DNA of 25,436 nucleotides from a virus (Duplodnaviria; Heunggongvirae; Uroviricota; Caudoviricetes), in the IMG/VR virus record IMGVR_UViG_2850784384_000006, one strand, 5' to 3'. A program made the translations under genes and the position numbers. Below, piece by piece: positions 1 to 7,667 of the stretch. How positions within the stretch are numbered: position 1 is the first letter of the stretch; each line of letters begins with the position of its first letter. The notes under the pieces were generated by a model. The model was given only the letters and a program-made list of their open reading frames with translations. It had not been told where the DNA came from and did no database searches.

Positions 1-276
1 TTACCGACTGCGGCCTGAGTTTTTTAAGTGACGTAAAATCGTGTTGAGGCCAACGCCCATAATGCGGGCAGTTGCCCGGCATCCAACGCCATTCATGGCC
101 ATATCAATGATTTTCTGGTGCGTACCGGGTTGAGAAGCGGTGTAAGTGAACTGCAGTTGCCATGTTTTACGGCAGTGAGAGCAGAGATAGCGCTGATGTC
201 CGGCGGTGCTTTTGCCGTTACGCACCACCCCGTCAGTAGCTGAACAGGAGGGACAGCTGATAGAAACAGAAGCCAC
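1..276 (-). CDS. insA: IS1 InsA (transposition regulator / N-terminal part of InsAB' transposase)
   Basis: 91-aa [46 protein letters not shown]... matches the IS1 InsA sequence as I remember it, with zinc-finger-like CxxC...CxxC; stop codon at 1..3. Confidence 0.9.
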
Positions 277-331
277 TGGAGCACCTCAAAAACACCATCA
301 TACACTAAATCAGTAAGTTGGCAGCATCACC
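1..331 (-). mobile_element. IS1 insertion sequence, partial (cut by window edge); insA-proximal terminal inverted repeat ends at 331
   Basis: Reverse complement of 299..331 reads GGTGATGCTGCCAACTTACTGATTTAGTGTATGA, which I recognise as the IS1 terminal inverted repeat; complete insA lies inside; insB would lie beyond position 1. Confidence 0.85.
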
Positions 332-346
332 GAAATGGACTATGAC
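318..346 (+). promoter_or_regulatory. Candidate hybrid promoter: -35-like TTGGCA inside the IS1 end (318..323), 17-bp spacer, weak -10-like TATGAC (341..346), reading into the acyltransferase gene
   Basis: Hexamers and spacing read directly from sequence; the -10 is a poor match to TATAAT, so this is speculative. Confidence 0.2.
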
Positions 347-393
347 ATAAAGATCTGATATTTTCCTCACAAAAACTTAGGGATTTTATTTTA

Positions 394-1395
394 ATGCATA
401 AGAGCAACTGCTTTGATACGGCAAGGCTTGTGGCAGCTATGATGGTTCTAATCAGTCACCACTACGCGCTCTCTGGACAACTCGAGCCGTATATATTCGG
501 CTTTGAAAGTGCTGGCGGCATTGCTGTTATCATATTCTTTTCCATATCAGGATACCTGATTTCAAAATCAGCAATCAGAAGTGATTCCTTTATTGATTTC
601 ATGGCTAAAAGAGCAAGAAGAATATTCCCTGCTCTTGTCCCTTGCTCTGTACTGACGTATTTTTTATTTGGGTGGATGCTTAACAACTTCAGTACAGAAT
701 ATTTTAGTCATGACATTATCCGGAAGACCATAAGCTCTATTTTAATGAGTCAGGCTCCAGATGCCGACATTACATCACATTTAATTCATCCCGGTATTAA
801 CGGCAGCTTGTGGACACTACCACTGGAGTTTATGTGTTACATAATAACTGGAGTGGCTGTTGCTCTACTAAAGAGCGGAAAAACGTTCATAGTTATACTA
901 TTGATTTTTGTTTCACTTTCATTAGTTGAAAGTGTATCTGAGAACAAGGATGTAATATTCTCCATTCCAGTATGGCTGTATCCTTTGCGGGGGATGGCTT
1001 TCTTTTTTGGTGCCACTATGGCGATGTATGAGAAATCTTGGAATGTAAGTAATGTGAAAATTTCCGTGATTTCTTTGCTTGCTATGTACGCATACGCGAG
1101 CTATGGCAAAGGCATTGACTATACAATGGCTTGCTATATTCTGGTTTCTTTCTCAACAATAGCTATATGCACATCCTTTGGAGATCCACTGGTTAAGGGT
1201 AGGTTTGATTACTCTTATGGTGTATACATTTATGCATTCCCCGTTCAGCAGGTTATTATAAATACATTGCATATTGGCTTTTACCCTTCGATGTTGTTAA
1301 GTGCCATTGTCGTTCTTTTCTTGGCTCATCTTTCTTGGAATCTAATTGAAAAAAGATTCCTTACACGAAGCTCGCCAAAATTATCCCTGAATTGA
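394..1395 (+). CDS. oac: Acyltransferase family 3 integral membrane protein, O-antigen O-acetyltransferase-like (serotype-converting Oac type)
   Basis: 333-aa ORF, hydrophobic throughout (multi-TM); N-terminal R...HH motif (RLVAAMMVLISHH) and FFSISGYLIS segment typical of acyltransferase-3; length and N-terminus resemble phage Oac as I recall it. Markedly AT-rich versus flanking phage genes. Symbol is tentative. Confidence 0.7.
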   Translation: MHKSNCFDTARLVAAMMVLISHHYALSGQLEPYIFGFESAGGIAVIIFFSISGYLISKSAIRSDSFIDFMAKRARRIFPALVPCSVLTYFLFGWMLNNFSTEYFSHDIIRKTISSILMSQAPDADITSHLIHPGINGSLWTLPLEFMCYIITGVAVALLKSGKTFIVILLIFVSLSLVESVSENKDVIFSIPVWLYPLRGMAFFFGATMAMYEKSWNVSNVKISVISLLAMYAYASYGKGIDYTMACYILVSFSTIAICTSFGDPLVKGRFDYSYGVYIYAFPVQQVIINTLHIGFYPSMLLSAIVVLFLAHLSWNLIEKRFLTRSSPKLSLN

Positions 1396-1403
1396 ATAAT
1401 AAA

Positions 1404-1419
1404 GGGGCCATCGAGCCCC
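1404..1419. terminator. Candidate weak bidirectional terminator hairpin (GGGGC-CATCGA-GCCCC) 9 bp after the acyltransferase stop
   Basis: 5-bp GC stem with 6-nt loop; followed by TGAATAAAT on plus and TTTATTATT on minus strand; no clean U-tract. Confidence 0.3.
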
Positions 1420-1685
1420 TGAATAAATCAAAGCCAGATATAACACTGCCTGGCAGTGGACACCGTTCTGATGCCTCGTCCTGCAAGGACGAGCGAAGGT
1501 GGAGTTCTTTTCCACGCAGCTATTTAGTACAGTACTGAGTCATATTGTTTATGTATGAGTTAACTTCCGTAATATCAATTAAATAAAATAAGTTGAGGCC
1601 ATTGTAGAAGTGAGCATTATATCCAGGTTATCTGGACCTGTTGAAAAATGCGTATTATTCCAACAATTACCCTAGATTAACAAGT

Positions 1686-2087
1686 CTATTTATTTGGATG
1701 CATAGGCCACTCGGGTTTTACTACATTAACACGCATAAGCAGTACGCGATATTTTTTCCATGCCAGTAACAGTTTCGTTTCATCATCTGTTGCCATACCT
1801 AAATCAACCGCATCCTGAAGCGGCGCTATTACATTCGTTGCCTCTGCTATCAGTGCAGATTTCTTTTCATCATTTATTAAGGCTAATTGTTCTGGTGTTG
1901 GAGAAGGACGGTCAACAATGACAGGGTGACCGTTCTCACCACAGGTAATCATTTTTGTTACACTCTGTGAGTTAATCAGTGTTTTCCACTCTGATTCCGA
2001 GATTTCCACTGCATCATCAGGAATATTGGTGCCGTGAAATTCAGTCGAATAAAATCCGTTTGTCGATGCAGAATAAAAATATGACAT
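1686..2087 (-). CDS. tfa: Tail fibre assembly protein (Tfa-like chaperone)
   Basis: ORF track gives 1686..2183; C-terminus ...APLQDAVDLGMATDDETKLLLAWKKYRVLLMRVNV... matches the conserved Tfa C-terminal motif (lambda Tfa has APLQDAADLE...LLEAWKKYRVLL). Start placed at internal Met (MSYFYS...) 2 nt after the tail-fibre stop; the longer start would overlap the fibre gene by 92 nt. Confidence 0.8.
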   Translation of the reverse strand: MSYFYSASTNGFYSTEFHGTNIPDDAVEISESEWKTLINSQSVTKMITCGENGHPVIVDRPSPTPEQLALINDEKKSALIAEATNVIAPLQDAVDLGMATDDETKLLLAWKKYRVLLMRVNVVKPEWPMHPNK

Positions 2088-2091
2088 TTCG

Positions 2092-2901
2092 TTAATATCC
2101 CATTGCAATGTAATACGCATCAGCAGATGAACCATATCCTGAACCGGGCGACACTGTAATATCAAATCCAGTGTTATGGACATTTGTCGCCGATACAGTC
2201 GGCTGCCCTGACGCGCCAGTAACGTTCAATGTAACTGTGACAGCAAGGACTCTTGAGAATGTCATCGGGAACCTCATCCCGTATGTTGAAGATACATTCG
2301 GGGAGCCATTCAACTGACCGCACTGTAAAATTAATCCAGACGGAAATTTTTGCGCAGCAGCCGTTGCGGTATTACTTGACGCGAACAGGCTCATATCAGG
2401 TATCTGATTCGCCCCTGTACCTACATTCCTTTTAGCCGCTTCTCCCAAACCAAGGTATGTGAGAATGTCAGCAATAGTATTTTTCCCAATAATGTCACGG
2501 CCAACAGAAGTTAAATCAGTCTGCGCTGCTGTATCATTTCCAGTGAAATATGGGAGTTTATTTGCACCTGTTGCGAGCCCAGCTAATGCCGACAGCGTGG
2601 CATCAAGCGCCTGGAAATCTTTCCCGAAAGCGGTCCCCATTTTGGATATAAACCCGTTCAGGTCTCCATCATCAAGCACATCCAGCCTGCTTTTGTTGGC
2701 GGTGTACTGCGCCAACGCTGCCGCGATAAAGCTGGCTTGCCGAATAGCTTTGTTGACCTGTGCGCTGGATGCTTTACCTGCCGTAAACCCTGAAAGCAGA
2801 GCCGGAAGTGCTTCCCAGTCAGCTTGTGAGGTGACGTTAGCGTTCGGATCAAGCGCGAAAGGTTTAAAGTTGTTTATTGCCATTAGAGTATTGTCCCCCA
2901 T
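2092..2901 (-). CDS. Tail fibre protein (host-range determinant)
   Basis: 269-aa Gly/Ser/Thr/Ala-rich ORF with low-complexity central region and beta-rich C-terminus, sitting between a DUF2612-like baseplate gene and tfa. Start could be 2901 or the Met at 2883. Confidence 0.6.
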   Translation of the reverse strand: MGDNTLMAINNFKPFALDPNANVTSQADWEALPALLSGFTAGKASSAQVNKAIRQASFIAAALAQYTANKSRLDVLDDGDLNGFISKMGTAFGKDFQALDATLSALAGLATGANKLPYFTGNDTAAQTDLTSVGRDIIGKNTIADILTYLGLGEAAKRNVGTGANQIPDMSLFASSNTATAAAQKFPSGLILQCGQLNGSPNVSSTYGMRFPMTFSRVLAVTVTLNVTGASGQPTVSATNVHNTGFDITVSPGSGYGSSADAYYIAMGY

Positions 2902-3563
2902 GCTCCAACATCGAACCCGCCGATGTATTCGTTATCCATATCAAACCCAAAGAATTTAGAGCCCTCGGATGGTGCTTCTACCGAAGGCGTTTCAACATCA
3001 CCGGCCCATACGCCAGCTGCTTTAACGGTGAGATAGCCCTGTTTGATAGCGGCAATCAGTTCAAGAGACACATCAGAAATATCAGTCTCGGGGAATACCC
3101 AAACCGATATCGTCATGTCCTGGTTGTCGACAATTTGCATCCTCAGGCCTGAGCCTTCAGTCGCAGCGTCAAGGATGGGAGGCAGAGAGTCGTTCCGACC
3201 GTCCCAGTTGTTGATAGCGATTTTCGCTTTCAGAATGATGCGGTACGTCTCATCGCTTAGCGTCGTATAGCCAGAATCAGGATCATATGGCCCTTTCCAG
3301 ATGCCCTGGTCATACCCAAGCCCGTCAGTGTCCCAGCTGAAATAAACTCCGCTAATTGGCTGGCTGACTATGCGACTGCGTCCGATCCACAGACCGAGGA
3401 TGTCGAGCTGTACACCGACAGCAGTATCAATATCGAAGGCTGTTATAAGCCCTGACATAGTGCTGGACACATCAATCAGCGGGCGGGTGCTCAGATCTAT
3501 ATGGTCAAAAAAGAGTGGCTTGGTAGCGTGGTAGTTAGTGATCAGTTCGGTGTATTTGCTCAT
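2883..3563 (-). CDS. Baseplate/tail fibre-associated protein (DUF2612-like)
   Basis: 226-aa ORF immediately downstream of the baseplate J-like gene (ATGA-type overlap at 3560..3563); resemblance and position typical of DUF2612 proteins. Confidence 0.55.
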   Translation of the reverse strand: MSKYTELITNYHATKPLFFDHIDLSTRPLIDVSSTMSGLITAFDIDTAVGVQLDILGLWIGRSRIVSQPISGVYFSWDTDGLGYDQGIWKGPYDPDSGYTTLSDETYRIILKAKIAINNWDGRNDSLPPILDAATEGSGLRMQIVDNQDMTISVWVFPETDISDVSLELIAAIKQGYLTVKAAGVWAGDVETPSVEAPSEGSKFFGFDMDNEYIGGFDVGAWGTIL

Positions 3564-4759
3564 GAGGTCACCGTGATACTGATATTCGCGGTGCTACAGG
3601 ACGCAGAAGCATCATAGGCAATATCAATGTTTGATGCCGATACGCTGCCAGACGACTTACCGATCAGCAGGTCGGTAATATCGTAATAGCGGGCATTCCC
3701 GCCGCTCACAACGCCGAGGTTTGCCGGGGAATAAATACGGCTCAGCAGAACGTCGTCGCCAATTGTTAGGCCATTTATATAATCGGCAACAGCCTGTTTA
3801 ATCTGCTCGCCGATTTGAGAGGTATAGCCGGTAAAAACTTTCAGGGTAATGGCTACGAAAATTGGCACATCGGTAGAGCGCGAAAAACTGATGACGTGTG
3901 GATTACCGTAAGTATCCGGCACCGTGACAGAAGTTTTACCGTAAGTTGCGGTTCCCTGCCCTTTACTCCCCCGGATTGTTTGGGCTATCTCGGTAACATC
4001 CCCTCCATCGACGATGGCGGAAATAGAGTGTGGCGGCAGCCCGTTGCTGTCGGTTGCCCCAGTGTCGTTCTCATATAGTTTGTGACGTGTCACGCCAGCA
4101 ACATTAGCGATAGCACCGTCGACACCTTCAAACGGTGTGATCGATGGTAGCGCGACGCTTTGCCCCTGCCGAATGCGCAGCTCTGCGTCGGTTTCGGCTG
4201 GTGAACCGACAGTAGCCGCAACTGGATTGGTTACCGACACCCAACCTCGGGTCGGGGTGTTGATAGTGGTAATAGTCCCGGCCAGCGCCGCAACCGAACC
4301 GCTATTCGCACATGTGGCCGTCACCAGCACAGTACCATCAACGCCGATCGCTACACTTGCGGGAAAATTCCAGATAATGCCGTTTTTATCCCGTGCGGAG
4401 CCATTCGTGATAGTCGTGCCTGCCGTACCGGTTAACAGAAGGTCAGCAGTAGAGTTTGTCGCTACTTTTCGCGTGATCCCGTTAATTTTCACATTGCTGC
4501 TAAGCGCTGCGGCCTGCGCTGTCGTCGGTGAAAAAGAGTTGTAGATCCCGATAGCGGTGTTGTTAGCGTCATGCACGGCAAGAGCCACCAGCGCGACCAT
4601 CTGCCCGTCTTTGCTGTCTGGTTCGAGGTAGGCATCACTACCGTAAATCTGCCTGAAATAGCTGGTCAGTGTATCTAGGATTGTCTGGTAATCAGGCGCA
4701 CTAATCCCCTGGGCGGTTACCGTTGCCGATAGCCCCAGCGTGTCGAGGTTCAAAGCCAT
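3560..4759 (-). CDS. Baseplate J-like protein (Mu gp47 / P2 gpJ family)
   Basis: 399-aa ORF, Gly/Thr/Ala-rich, abutting the spike-like gene (stop 4760, start 4759); resemblance and synteny spike - J - DUF2612 - fibre. Confidence 0.7.
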   Translation of the reverse strand: MALNLDTLGLSATVTAQGISAPDYQTILDTLTSYFRQIYGSDAYLEPDSKDGQMVALVALAVHDANNTAIGIYNSFSPTTAQAAALSSNVKINGITRKVATNSTADLLLTGTAGTTITNGSARDKNGIIWNFPASVAIGVDGTVLVTATCANSGSVAALAGTITTINTPTRGWVSVTNPVAATVGSPAETDAELRIRQGQSVALPSITPFEGVDGAIANVAGVTRHKLYENDTGATDSNGLPPHSISAIVDGGDVTEIAQTIRGSKGQGTATYGKTSVTVPDTYGNPHVISFSRSTDVPIFVAITLKVFTGYTSQIGEQIKQAVADYINGLTIGDDVLLSRIYSPANLGVVSGGNARYYDITDLLIGKSSGSVSASNIDIAYDASASCSTANISITVTS

Positions 4760-5707
4760 TTATGCCTCGCTTGTTACAGTCGTCTGGCCGTAGATTGTGT
4801 CAATGGAGGAAGTGAAGGTGACGCGACGGCTGGTGCCGTCATAATTGGTATCGAAGGAAAGAATCGACAGAACGCCCGGTGTATCCTGTATGCGTTCGCG
4901 TATAGCCAGGATGTAGACATCTGATCGCTGCTTCCCAAGCACTGACTGAACATACGGCGTGCCTTCCGTCAGATCGAGAAACCACTGACCGCGCCACAGC
5001 TCGAAACGGGTTTTTACGGCCTGGGCGACACTGATACCAGAAGCTGTTACGTCATTCGTTACCATCACCGGCCCAAGCATCGTCGCAGTACCGCCGCTTT
5101 CGCCCATTCCCTGAGACAAGTTGCCATTAATCGTTACGTTGCCGTTCAGCGTGATAGTCGGGGATGTGATTGTCGTTCCACCTTCAGCCGTAGCTGTAAG
5201 CTGGCCCGGTGTTTTAATGGTGATGTTATGTCCTGCGGCGACTTCTACAAACGCCGCACCATCATCGGTTCGCAGCTGCGCGGCGCTGGTACTGATACCG
5301 CTGATTTTCCGTGCTTGCGACTGCGGGCCAACGATGGCGAACGCATCAGATAAGTCATGCTGGCGCGGGTCGACGGTCTCCTGAACGCCGCCGCTCTGCC
5401 ACCAAAAATCGATGCAACGGTCAGCAAAAATCAGGAGGCACTCGTCGCCTTCTTTTACCGGAAAGGTCAGCGTGCAACCGCCGCCGCGCGGGAAGATGAC
5501 CGGCACATCCACCAGCGGTTTTAATTCGGTGGATCCATCGCCAACAATACCGCGTAGCGCCACCTCTACTGTGCAGGTAACAGTCTCAGGATCGAACGAC
5601 TGAATGATGCCGGGCATCGCTACGCGCATCTGGGTAGACACCGAATCGGCAATGGCCTGCGCGGTCTGCTGCTCACCGCCGATCTGTGATTGAGTTGGAA
5701 TTGGCAT
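4760..5707 (-). CDS. Baseplate central spike-like protein (phage Gp138 N-terminal domain type)
   Basis: 315-aa ORF; N-terminal region ...MPGIIQSFDPETVTCTVEVALRG...PLVDVPVIFPRGGG... resembles the Gp138_N OB-fold; Gly/Thr-rich repeats in the middle suggest beta-helix. RBS GGGGG 4 nt before ATG. Confidence 0.6.
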   Translation of the reverse strand: MPIPTQSQIGGEQQTAQAIADSVSTQMRVAMPGIIQSFDPETVTCTVEVALRGIVGDGSTELKPLVDVPVIFPRGGGCTLTFPVKEGDECLLIFADRCIDFWWQSGGVQETVDPRQHDLSDAFAIVGPQSQARKISGISTSAAQLRTDDGAAFVEVAAGHNITIKTPGQLTATAEGGTTITSPTITLNGNVTINGNLSQGMGESGGTATMLGPVMVTNDVTASGISVAQAVKTRFELWRGQWFLDLTEGTPYVQSVLGKQRSDVYILAIRERIQDTPGVLSILSFDTNYDGTSRRVTFTSSIDTIYGQTTVTSEA

Positions 5708-5718
5708 AAAACCCCCAT

Positions 5719-5740
5719 AAAAAAACCAGCCGAAGCTGGT
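5719..5740 (-). terminator. Rho-independent terminator on minus strand, immediately upstream of the spike gene RBS
   Basis: Minus-strand RNA reads ACCAGC-UUCG-GCUGGU followed by seven U (plus-strand A-run 5719..5725); 6-bp stem, tetraloop. Confidence 0.6.
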
Positions 5741-5929
5741 TTGGTATCAATTATCTCTTAGTAACTAAGCTACATCAGTGTGAAGTAAGGCTTTTCCGCT
5801 GCAATGGCACACATTCACAAGGTGTATTAGGATATGTTTGCAACAAGTAAGCATTGAAAATCAATTTCAGCCATGAAGCCGCCATAGAGTGGACCTGCAC
5901 CATCGCATTATTGACTACAGGAGTAACAA

Positions 5930-6220
5930 ATGGGATTTAGATTTCGTAAAAGAATCCGGATTGCGCCCGGACTCGCGATCAACATTAGTAAAAGCGGAGT
6001 AAGCACTTCAATTGGTGGTAAAGGTTCCACCATTAACATCGGGAAAAAAGGCGTAAAGATGACAAATGGCCTTCCCGGCACGGGGCTGTCGCATACCACT
6101 AACCTTTACTCTCCCGGGAAATCGACAGAAAAAAAACAACTTACTCATAAGCAAAAAATAATTAGAAACATCCTGTTCGTAATTATTGTGTTTATAATAA
6201 TTAAAGCTCAATATTTTTGA
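5930..6220 (+). CDS. Small DUF4236-like protein with C-terminal hydrophobic anchor (moron gene)
   Basis: 96-aa ORF MGFRFRKRIRIAPGLAINISKSGVSTSIGGKGSTINIGKKGVKMTNGLPGTGLS... is the characteristic DUF4236 repeat pattern as I recall it; C-terminal IIRNILFVIIVFIIIKAQYF is TM-like. RBS AGGAG at 5918..5922; opposite strand to all flanking phage genes; AT-rich; followed by a terminator. Confidence 0.7.
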   Translation: MGFRFRKRIRIAPGLAINISKSGVSTSIGGKGSTINIGKKGVKMTNGLPGTGLSHTTNLYSPGKSTEKKQLTHKQKIIRNILFVIIVFIIIKAQYF

Positions 6221-6225
6221 CGCAT

Positions 6226-6250
6226 GCCCGCCTATCTGGCGGGCTATTTT
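6226..6250 (+). terminator. Rho-independent terminator for the DUF4236-like gene
   Basis: GCCCGCC-TATCT-GGCGGGC (perfect 7-bp GC stem, 6226..6244) followed by TATTTT, 6 nt after the TGA stop at 6218..6220. Overlaps the stop codon of the convergent minus-strand gene. Confidence 0.65.
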
Positions 6251-6588
6251 ACTTTTCGGCAGTCGTATGTTGCATACTGACGCGGCGAATCCATGCTGGC
6301 TTGCAGCCACTGTGCGTTGAGAATGGCTTTGCCGTTTCGATTGATGTACTCAAGACCAACCCATCTTCCAGGCTGATCGGTAGCCATACGCCAATCCATC
6401 TTGATATTGTTATAATCGCCTTTGTTTTTCAGGAAGGTGATTTTTTGCATTTCTGGCTTTGCGCCATTGATTCTGGCTAAGCCATCATCTGCCCAATGGA
6501 TTTTAAAATCACCACATTGCTGATCCGCAAAAGCGGGTGCTGATATAAGCACCGCGAACACGGTAACAGTGCAAAGTAAATGTCTCAC
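6244..6588 (-). CDS. Small secreted (periplasmic) protein with cleavable signal peptide, function unknown (moron gene)
   Basis: 114-aa ORF with GTG start and SD GAGGTG 6 nt upstream; N-terminus MRHLLCTVTVFAVLISAPAFA/DQQ fits an SPase I signal with AxA site; two Cys in the mature part (possible disulfide). SD overlaps the stop of the upstream hub-like gene, suggesting translational coupling. Confidence 0.6.
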   Translation of the reverse strand: MRHLLCTVTVFAVLISAPAFADQQCGDFKIHWADDGLARINGAKPEMQKITFLKNKGDYNNIKMDWRMATDQPGRWVGLEYINRNGKAILNAQWLQASMDSPRQYATYDCRKVK

Positions 6589-6600
6589 GGCCCCACCTCA

Positions 6601-7665
6601 CTAATTCGTCGTCCCTTGCATTGCTTTCGGGCTATAAAGATCACGAGCGCCACGCGCAAAACACATCAAATCCATGTACCACGCCTGACCTCTGGTGTCG
6701 CCAGTATAGTCGATAGCTTTGACGATATAAACGCCATCCGTCGCAATGCTGGCAGCCTGTGACGTCGTGCCGGTCAGCACACGGTTGCCGTTCTCTTCTG
6801 TTTCGGTGATACGCCCGGGCGACTGTGCTATTTCGCTATTGCCGAGCGTGGCGCGGTACACCGAAGCCTGATCGAGCTGGATAAGACCATTAATACGGAT
6901 GTTTGGGTTTATCAGGCATCGCACGTTTACTCCGCCACCCATCGTTTGTTGCGGCATACCGATCAGGCCAGTATTGGCATTCAACACAATGGCTTCGTGA
7001 ATATATTTATCCTCCGGCACCATCTGGACCTGACCATCCACCAGTTGCCATGTCGCTTTGCACTGCGCAGCAATATTATCCATCACGTTGCGGCTGGATG
7101 AGTAAATCGCGCGGCCACGAGGAAACACGGTATCAGGAAAATCGCCGGTAATGCCCTGTGTCACGCCGAACGCGTTGAAATCCTGCATCGTCGCCCGGTG
7201 CAGATCCGCAACGGTATATCCAGCGGCAAGCGTGGTGATGGTGGTCGCATAGAGGAACGCTTCGTGATCACCAATGGCCTGAATCAACACCCAGGAATCC
7301 GTAATGTTGTCCTTCCCGGTGACGGTGAAGCGAATATCACCGTCAAAAATCAGGCCGTAGTTCTGACCGTTCACCTGCCCTATCTGGTCTGGTGAAATCT
7401 CCCGGGACACACCAACCTGGCTCGCATCAACATCCGGCGCTATACCGTCATACCCGGCAATGATGCGAATTTTGGCAAACTCCTGCCCAAGTATCTTGTT
7501 CGTGGTATCGGTCGAAAGGTTGTAAATTTTCACGTTCGCCACGCGCGGCCAGCGTGTGTCTGCCCACTCGATCTGGAACGTGACCTTAAAGTCAGACAGG
7601 GAAACGCCCTGCCCGTTCTGGTCCAACAGTTGCAGCTCAAAATGGCGCATCCAGTTAAGAGACAT
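6601..7665 (-). CDS. Baseplate hub-like tail protein (late control gene D / Mu gp44-like)
   Basis: 354-aa ORF between the TMP-proximal small tail genes and the spike/J module; assignment by position and general resemblance only. Confidence 0.45.
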   Translation of the reverse strand: MSLNWMRHFELQLLDQNGQGVSLSDFKVTFQIEWADTRWPRVANVKIYNLSTDTTNKILGQEFAKIRIIAGYDGIAPDVDASQVGVSREISPDQIGQVNGQNYGLIFDGDIRFTVTGKDNITDSWVLIQAIGDHEAFLYATTITTLAAGYTVADLHRATMQDFNAFGVTQGITGDFPDTVFPRGRAIYSSSRNVMDNIAAQCKATWQLVDGQVQMVPEDKYIHEAIVLNANTGLIGMPQQTMGGGVNVRCLINPNIRINGLIQLDQASVYRATLGNSEIAQSPGRITETEENGNRVLTGTTSQAASIATDGVYIVKAIDYTGDTRGQAWYMDLMCFARGARDLYSPKAMQGTTN

Positions 7666-7667
7666 TT

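Noticed and set aside
394-2901. Identity with the podovirus Sf6 (P22-like) because of the Oac-like gene
   Set aside because: The adjacent morphogenesis genes (sheath-like, tube-like, baseplate J, spike, tape measure) indicate a contractile-tailed phage, so only the cargo gene, not the backbone, resembles that phage.
2459-2959. Plus-strand ORFs of 60-230 aa lying inside minus-strand structural genes (for example 2459..2959, 4137..4544, 10892..11392, 11377..11907, 15967..16446, 17594..18268, 19960..20658, 21232..21634)
   Set aside because: They sit entirely within long, syntenic, motif-bearing minus-strand genes and have Pro/Arg/Ser-rich compositions typical of antisense shadow frames in GC-rich coding DNA; no RBS or independent support.
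6008-6310. 100-aa minus-strand ORF overlapping the DUF4236-like gene
   Set aside because: The plus-strand frame gives a recognisable DUF4236 repeat pattern with RBS and terminator; the minus-strand ORF runs through the terminator hairpin and looks like a shadow frame.
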